A DNA stretch of 64,000 nt. Origin: Azolla caroliniana. Lineage: Eukaryota; Plantae; Polypodiophyta. Location of the stretch: NCBI GenBank assembly GCA_043228905.1, contig JBHGNT010000059.1:62001-126000 (forward strand), written 5' to 3'. A program made the translations under genes and the position numbers. Shown here in pieces: positions 58,577-64,000 of this stretch; within the stretch, counting starts at the first letter, position 1, and every line of letters starts with the position of its first letter. The notes beneath the pieces were generated by a model. The model was given only the letters and a program-made list of their open reading frames with translations. It made no database searches and was not told the origin of the DNA.

Positions 58577-59446
58577 TGTCGTAGTGTATTTTGTACACTA
58601 CGTGAAAAACGTATATAGTATTAGATTCAATAAAAAATGAAGAAATAGAAGAAAATAGCAAAATAAATGGAACATGCATAGGGCAAGATTCGAACCTTGC
58701 ACCTCCATGTTAATAATGTAATGTCTTACCATTACACTAGCATTTCATTAGTGTTAAAGTATAGATGTCCCACATAGAAAGGTAAATTCACGCTAGGATA
58801 AACATTAGAAAAACGCATAACAAAAGAAAAAGCTACACATACACATCTAGCGTGCATGATAAAAAACGCACAAGTTAGAAAAAGCATGATCACTTTAGAT
58901 AAAGCATATAGTCTATCTATAGGAAAAGCATGAGCACTATATTTAGCAAATAAAAGCAAGGATTAGAAAAGCATCACATGCACATTTAGTGTGCATGAAC
59001 ATATTAGAAAAAAAGCATGTAGCTATGCTTAGTCTCTCCCATCACTACATAAGGATGGGGAGCACAATGTAATAGGTGTGTGAAAAATATTTGGGAAATT
59101 GGATATATTTCCTAAAACACCAATTAATATAATCGTGGGATTCACGAAGTTTTATATAATCTATCTCTTTCAATCTAAATTCATATTCTTACATAATTAT
59201 TGATTAATGTAATACTTGTGGGATTCACAAGGTTTGATCTCTTTTCTATTTCTACTCTAAACTATTCTAAACTATATCAATTTATTACTATGATTAGTAC
59301 AAACTAAAACAACTCTACTTGTGGGATTCACAAGCTTCTAATAATCTATACATAATTAAAATCACCTCAAATTCTTCCTCTTCCTAGTCCAAAACCCCAG
59401 CGGTTCCCACCCAACTCACGCAACGATCCGGAGCCGAAAGGCACGA
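58577..59446 (+). repeat. LTR type A lacking the terminal CA
   Basis: Appears identical to 55644-56513. Confidence 0.92.
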
Positions 59447-59756
59447 GAAGCACAATGTAATTGTGTGTGAAAAATATTTGGAAACTGGATATGTTTCTAA
59501 AAAACACCAATTAATAAACTATACTCGTGGGATTCACGAGGATTCTATATCATTCTCTTTCAACCGAAGTTTATATTCTTATATTCATATTGATTAATCT
59601 AATACAATACACTCGTGGGATTCACGAGTTTGCTATAACTCTTTCTTACAACATATTTATATTCTTATTAGCCTTAAAACTCTCCTCTTCCTAGTCCAAA
59701 ACCCCAGCGGTTCCCACCCGACTCACGCAAACGATCCGGAGCCGAAAGGCACGACA
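59447..59756 (+). repeat. 3' part of a type-B LTR
   Basis: Matches 61920-62229; followed by CAGT and the PBS. Confidence 0.9.
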
Positions 59757-59794
59757 CAGTTGGTGAACCCGACGTGAAGACGGGTGGCAAGGAG

Positions 59795-61441
59795 ATGGAG
59801 AATCAACAAGAGGCGATGAACATGATGATGATAATGTTTGAGCGGATGCAACAAGAACAACGTGCGATGTCGGAGATGAAGGCGGCAGTAGAGCGGCTTC
59901 TGCGACGAAACGGGGAATTCAACGGTAAGGGTGTGTCACGCTACCTACGTGAATATAAGGCGGAGATGATGCAATATCGGATACCGGAAGGATTGCAAGT
60001 GATATCCTTTAGTCGGGTGGCCTCGGACGAACTACAAGAGAGAATCCACAAGATACAACAACAAAACTCGACATGGGAGTCCTTTGAAGAAGCTTTACGG
60101 GAGGCATATGACTATGAGAGATGGACGGGACGAGATCGACGAGAATTCGACGAATGGGTGGCGTCGGAGAAGACTCACCGAAGTGCAACGCAAGCGTTCC
60201 TAGAGTTCGAGCATCGTTTTGCTCGACTCTCGGAGCGGGAACGAAGATTGGTGGGAGAAGATAAAGTCTTAATGTTCGTAAGATCGATCGATCGGAAAGA
60301 AAGGATGGACATTGGGATCGAACTCGAAGATGATGACGGTGCGAACGGCCTTACCGAGGATTGGGCTAAAGTCGAAAGGGTATGCCAAAGACATGATGAA
60401 AGGAAGCTGAGAATCTCGTCAACAACGACATGGCCCATGAAGGATGGTCGATTGAGGAAAAACGATGAAGCCAATATGAAGGCCGAAATACAACATGATG
60501 GTACCACGGGAGAAAGAGTGGAACAAGACACCCACTCGTCTTGTGAAAGAACGATGGCGAAGGATAAGGCCGATAATTCAAGTGTAGAAGGAAATTTCGG
60601 GATACAAGTGCCCGAGACATCGGGTCAAAAAGGGGTAAGCATAATAGATGTTTGCATAATTGATGCAGATAAAGAGTGTGAAGCGGATGTGATTAAGGAG
60701 GTAGCCACAAAAGACGAAATCGAATCGGAGGTGGCTATGGACGAATCAATGGCGGATTGCCATATCGAGACTTCCCCACCACTGATTCCAGAGACTCCAG
60801 CGGTTGCGTTCGAAAGGCAACGTGAGACCGAAGAGACGGAAGGTGGCGGAGAGAAAACAAAGGTCGAAGTCGATGCATACGACGGAGAGATAGCCGAGAA
60901 TATGGCTATGGGTGAAACAATGGAGGATGATAATACCGAGGATTCCTACCCACTAATTCTAGAGACTTCGGCGGTTGTATTCGAGAACCAACGTGAGACC
61001 GGAGAGACAGGAGGTGGCGGCAAGAAAGGTAAAGTCGGAAGCCGGTTCGGATGGAAGGTGATCCGGACAGGATTCCGATCCGAAAGAAAGCCAACCGAAA
61101 CCGAAAGCGATAGATCGAAACCGGGCCGGAAGGAGACCGACTCAATCGAAACCGAACAACCGATTCCGATTCGGCCGAATACGAATCCGATCAGAAGCCG
61201 ATCAAACCGAAAGTCGATCGGACGAGAGCGATCCGGAAAAAAGTCAAGGTTGATGAAGACAAGAAAGAGGCCAGTAAAAGACACTACCACGAATGACAAG
61301 GGCCAAGAATATGACGAGAGAGAACAAAGAATATGGTGGATCGGATGGCGACAATGGTTCGGGTGGAAAGAATGGGTCTACTCAAAATGGAGAGACAAAG
61401 TTGACATAGCGGGACAAACAGAGGATGAAGGAGGAGACTAA
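59795..61441 (+). CDS. gag: Gag-like protein, second variant with shorter C-terminus
   Basis: Nearly identical to the 56554 ORF for ~355 aa, then diverges. Confidence 0.85.
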   Translation: MENQQEAMNMMMIMFERMQQEQRAMSEMKAAVERLLRRNGEFNGKGVSRYLREYKAEMMQYRIPEGLQVISFSRVASDELQERIHKIQQQNSTWESFEEALREAYDYERWTGRDRREFDEWVASEKTHRSATQAFLEFEHRFARLSERERRLVGEDKVLMFVRSIDRKERMDIGIELEDDDGANGLTEDWAKVERVCQRHDERKLRISSTTTWPMKDGRLRKNDEANMKAEIQHDGTTGERVEQDTHSSCERTMAKDKADNSSVEGNFGIQVPETSGQKGVSIIDVCIIDADKECEADVIKEVATKDEIESEVAMDESMADCHIETSPPLIPETPAVAFERQRETEETEGGGEKTKVEVDAYDGEIAENMAMGETMEDDNTEDSYPLILETSAVVFENQRETGETGGGGKKGKVGSRFGWKVIRTGFRSERKPTETESDRSKPGRKETDSIETEQPIPIRPNTNPIRSRSNRKSIGRERSGKKSRLMKTRKRPVKDTTTNDKGQEYDEREQRIWWIGWRQWFGWKEWVYSKWRDKVDIAGQTEDEGGD

Positions 61442-61497
61442 CAAACACCAACAACTTCGGCACATACCGGAGGATGTGCGGGTTTGGAGGGGGTGAG

Positions 61498-62229
61498 TGT
61501 CGTAGTGTATTTTGTACACTACGTGAAAAACGTATATAGTATTAGATTCAATAAAAAAAAATGAAGAAATAGAAGAAAATAGCAAAATAAATGGAACATG
61601 CATAGGGCAAGATTCGAACCTTGCACCTCCATGTTAATAATGTAATGTCTTACCATTACACTAGCATTTCATTAGTGTTAAAGCATAGATGTCCCACATA
61701 GAAAGATAAATTCACGCTAGGATAAACATTAGAAAAACGCATAACAAAAGAAAAAGCTACACATACACATCTAGCGTGCATGATAAAAAACGCACAAGTT
61801 AGAAAAAAGCATGATCACTTTAGATAAAGCATATAGTCTATCTATAGGAAAAGCATGGGGTCTATAGTTAGAGAAAAAGCATGGATTACTAAGACTTCCT
61901 CATCACTACATAAGGATGGGAAGCACAATGTAATTGTGTGTGAAAAATATTTGGAAACTGGATATGTTTCTAAAAAACACCAATTAATAAACTATACTCG
62001 TGGGATTCACGAGGATTCTATATCATTCTCTTTCAACCGAAGTTTATATTCTTATATTCATATTGATTAATCTAATACAATACACTCGTGGGATTCACGA
62101 GTTTGCTATAACTCTTTCTTACAACATATTTATATTCTTATTAGCCTTAAAACTCTCCTCTTCCTAGTCCAAAACCCCAGCGGTTCCCACCCGACTCACG
62201 CAAACGATCCGGAGCCGAAAGGCACGACA
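61498..62229 (+). repeat. LTR type B (732 bp)
   Basis: TGTCGT...ACGACA after the PPT. Confidence 0.92.
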
Positions 62230-62233
62230 CAAG

Positions 62234-62990
62234 TGTCGTAGTGTATTTTGTACACTACGTGAAAAACGTATATAGTATTAGATTCAATAAAAAATGAAGA
62301 AATAGAAGAAAATAGCAAAATAAATGGAACATGCATAGGGCAAGATTCGAACCTTGCACCTCCATGTTAATAATATAATGTCTTACCATTACACTAGCAT
62401 TTCATTAGTGTTAAAGCATAGATGTCCCACATAGAAAGGTAAATTCACGCTAGGATAAACATTAGAAAAACGCATAACAAAAGAAAAAGCTACACATACA
62501 CATCTAGCGTGCATGATAAAAAACGCACAAGTTAGAAAAAGCACGATCACTTTAGATAAAGCATATAGTCTATCTATAGGAAAAGCATGGGGTCTATAGT
62601 TAGAGAAAAAGCATGGATTACTAAGACTTCCTCATCACTACATAAGGATGGGGAGCACAATGTAATTGTGTGTGAGAAATATTTGGAAATTGGATATATT
62701 TCCGAAAACACCAACCGATTAATATAATCGTGGGATTCACGAAAATAATATAATCTATACTTGTGGGATTCACAAGTTTCTTATATCTTTCTTTCAATCT
62801 AAATACATATTCTTATCTAAATATTGATTAATCGAATACAATACACTCGTGGGATTCACGAGATTCTTATCTTATAACTCTTTATACCTATTGTTTACTA
62901 GCCTTATTTGTATTTTTCTTCCTCCTAGTCCAAAACCTCGGCGGTTCCCACCCGACTCACGCAAACGATCCGGAGCCGAAAGGCACGACA
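62234..62990 (+). repeat. LTR type C (757 bp), followed by CAGT and PBS fused to host DNA
   Basis: TGTCGT...ACGACA; PBS at 62995-63011. Confidence 0.92.
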
Positions 62991-63007
62991 CAGTTGGTGA
63001 ACCCGAC

Positions 63008-64000
63008 GTGATTACAAGATCCGTCGTCGTTGTGGACGCTGCAACCACCGGAGGAATATGAAGGTGGCACCATTCAAGGACAACATTTCTAGGTGAAACA
63101 TGCGTGGGTTGGTTGGTTCACACGATGATGAAAATGGTAGATAGACATGGTAATGTCATGTGGAATCATGTTTGTAGTAGGAGTTACGATCAGCCACTAC
63201 TATTGCGCACATCATGGTACGGCGAGACACGGCATTGTATGAGGGTGGCTTCAATACAACATTGTGATGGCATCGACGTTTGACGAGTTTCGCGTTGCTC
63301 GTGAGAGAGATAGCGATAGATGGATAGCGATAGATATAGGTAGGGTGGGAGTGGGTAGTGTGCGTGTGGGCACGTTACCTAATCATGTGTGCGTGGAGTT
63401 TCATTTTGCTTGTGCAATGAGCGAGCGAGGGCACGCGACCTGATCGTGCGTGCGTGCGTGCGTGTTGTGCGCGAGCGTGGGAGAAATATGATTGAGAGGG
63501 TTATGAGAACGTCAAGACACCACACAGAGCACACCATTTACATTTACGATGTTCAGAAAGTGTATAGTTGAAAAAGTTATGTACGTTCTTTAAAAGTGGC
63601 GAATACAAGCGCGTGGGCGAAGATCACATTGTTGGAGAAGGCGAGAGGTTGCCACGCTTAGAAGTTGTTCCTCCTCACCGGCCTTGAAACGACGACGTTG
63701 TTCCTCATCTTGTCGTCCGGTCATGCGATAACGGCGCTCGTCCTCCTCGCGCTCGCTACTGTCTCTCTCTCGCTCGGCATCCTCTTCCCATTGACGACGT
63801 TCCCTTGACACTTGGCTATGGCGGTGACCATCATTGCGTGCCTCTTCTCCGCTAATGTATAAGGCCTCGCGGAGGCGGTTGCAACGCTCTTCTACGGGGA
63901 TTTGTTCCACGTTCCTGCAGCATCTTTCGGAGGGCCTTGCATATCGGCTGATTTCATCCCAAGAGGTGCGACGGCTTCGTCCACGTTCTTCCTTCTCATT
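63008..64000. repeat. 2.2-kb tandem gene array, segment 4
   Basis: Resumes at GTGATTACAAG, equivalent to position 779. Confidence 0.98.
63590..64000 (-). CDS. 3' part of the 2S-albumin-like protein, cut by window edge
   Basis: Identical to the C-terminal 136 codons plus stop. Confidence 0.85.
   Translation of the reverse strand, partial: NEKEERGRSRRTSWDEISRYARPSERCCRNVEQIPVEERCNRLREALYISGEEARNDGHRHSQVSRERRQWEEDAERERDSSEREEDERRYRMTGRQDEEQRRRFKAGEEEQLLSVATSRLLQQCDLRPRACIRHF

Larger units (their letters stand above)
55644..63011 (+). mobile_element. Concatemer of non-autonomous gag-only LTR elements (TR-GAG-like): LTR-gag-LTR-partial LTR-gag-LTR-LTR-PBS
   Basis: LTRs TGTCGT...ACGACA; Trp PBS at 56520, 59761, 62995; PPT GGAGGGGGTGAG before 58577 and 61498; no pol; no TSD. 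Confidence 0.92.

Noticed and set aside
8528-63011. All TE insertions are antisense to the array genes
   Set aside because: Three or four events only; compatible with chance.

Overview
Eukaryotic, plant-type DNA, probably from a seed-free plant; this is inferred from the retrotransposon proteins only and the species cannot be named. The window is a head-to-tail tandem array of a 2.2-kb unit. Each unit carries one intronless minus-strand gene for a 358-aa secreted protein: signal peptide, a repetitive Arg/Glu/Asp domain, and a C-terminal domain with 2S-albumin/prolamin cysteine spacing. Each gene has a TATA + double RY + ABRE promoter of seed/spore-maturation type. There are 14 intact copies, 1 TE-split copy and 2 copies cut by the window edges, all nearly identical. 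Three young Ty3/gypsy LTR insertions interrupt the array. (1) 8528-22565 is a chromovirus containing a nested copy of its own family, with TG..TA termini and 5-bp TSDs. (2) 37211-44534 is an intact non-chromovirus element with a tRNA-Trp PBS, a 4-bp TSD and a likely -1 frameshift between gag-pro and RT-RH-IN. (3) 55644-63011 is a concatemer of gag-only relatives of (2); its LTRs hold a tRNA-like Pol III module and its right end looks like captured plus-strand strong-stop DNA. All identities and family calls were made by eye.
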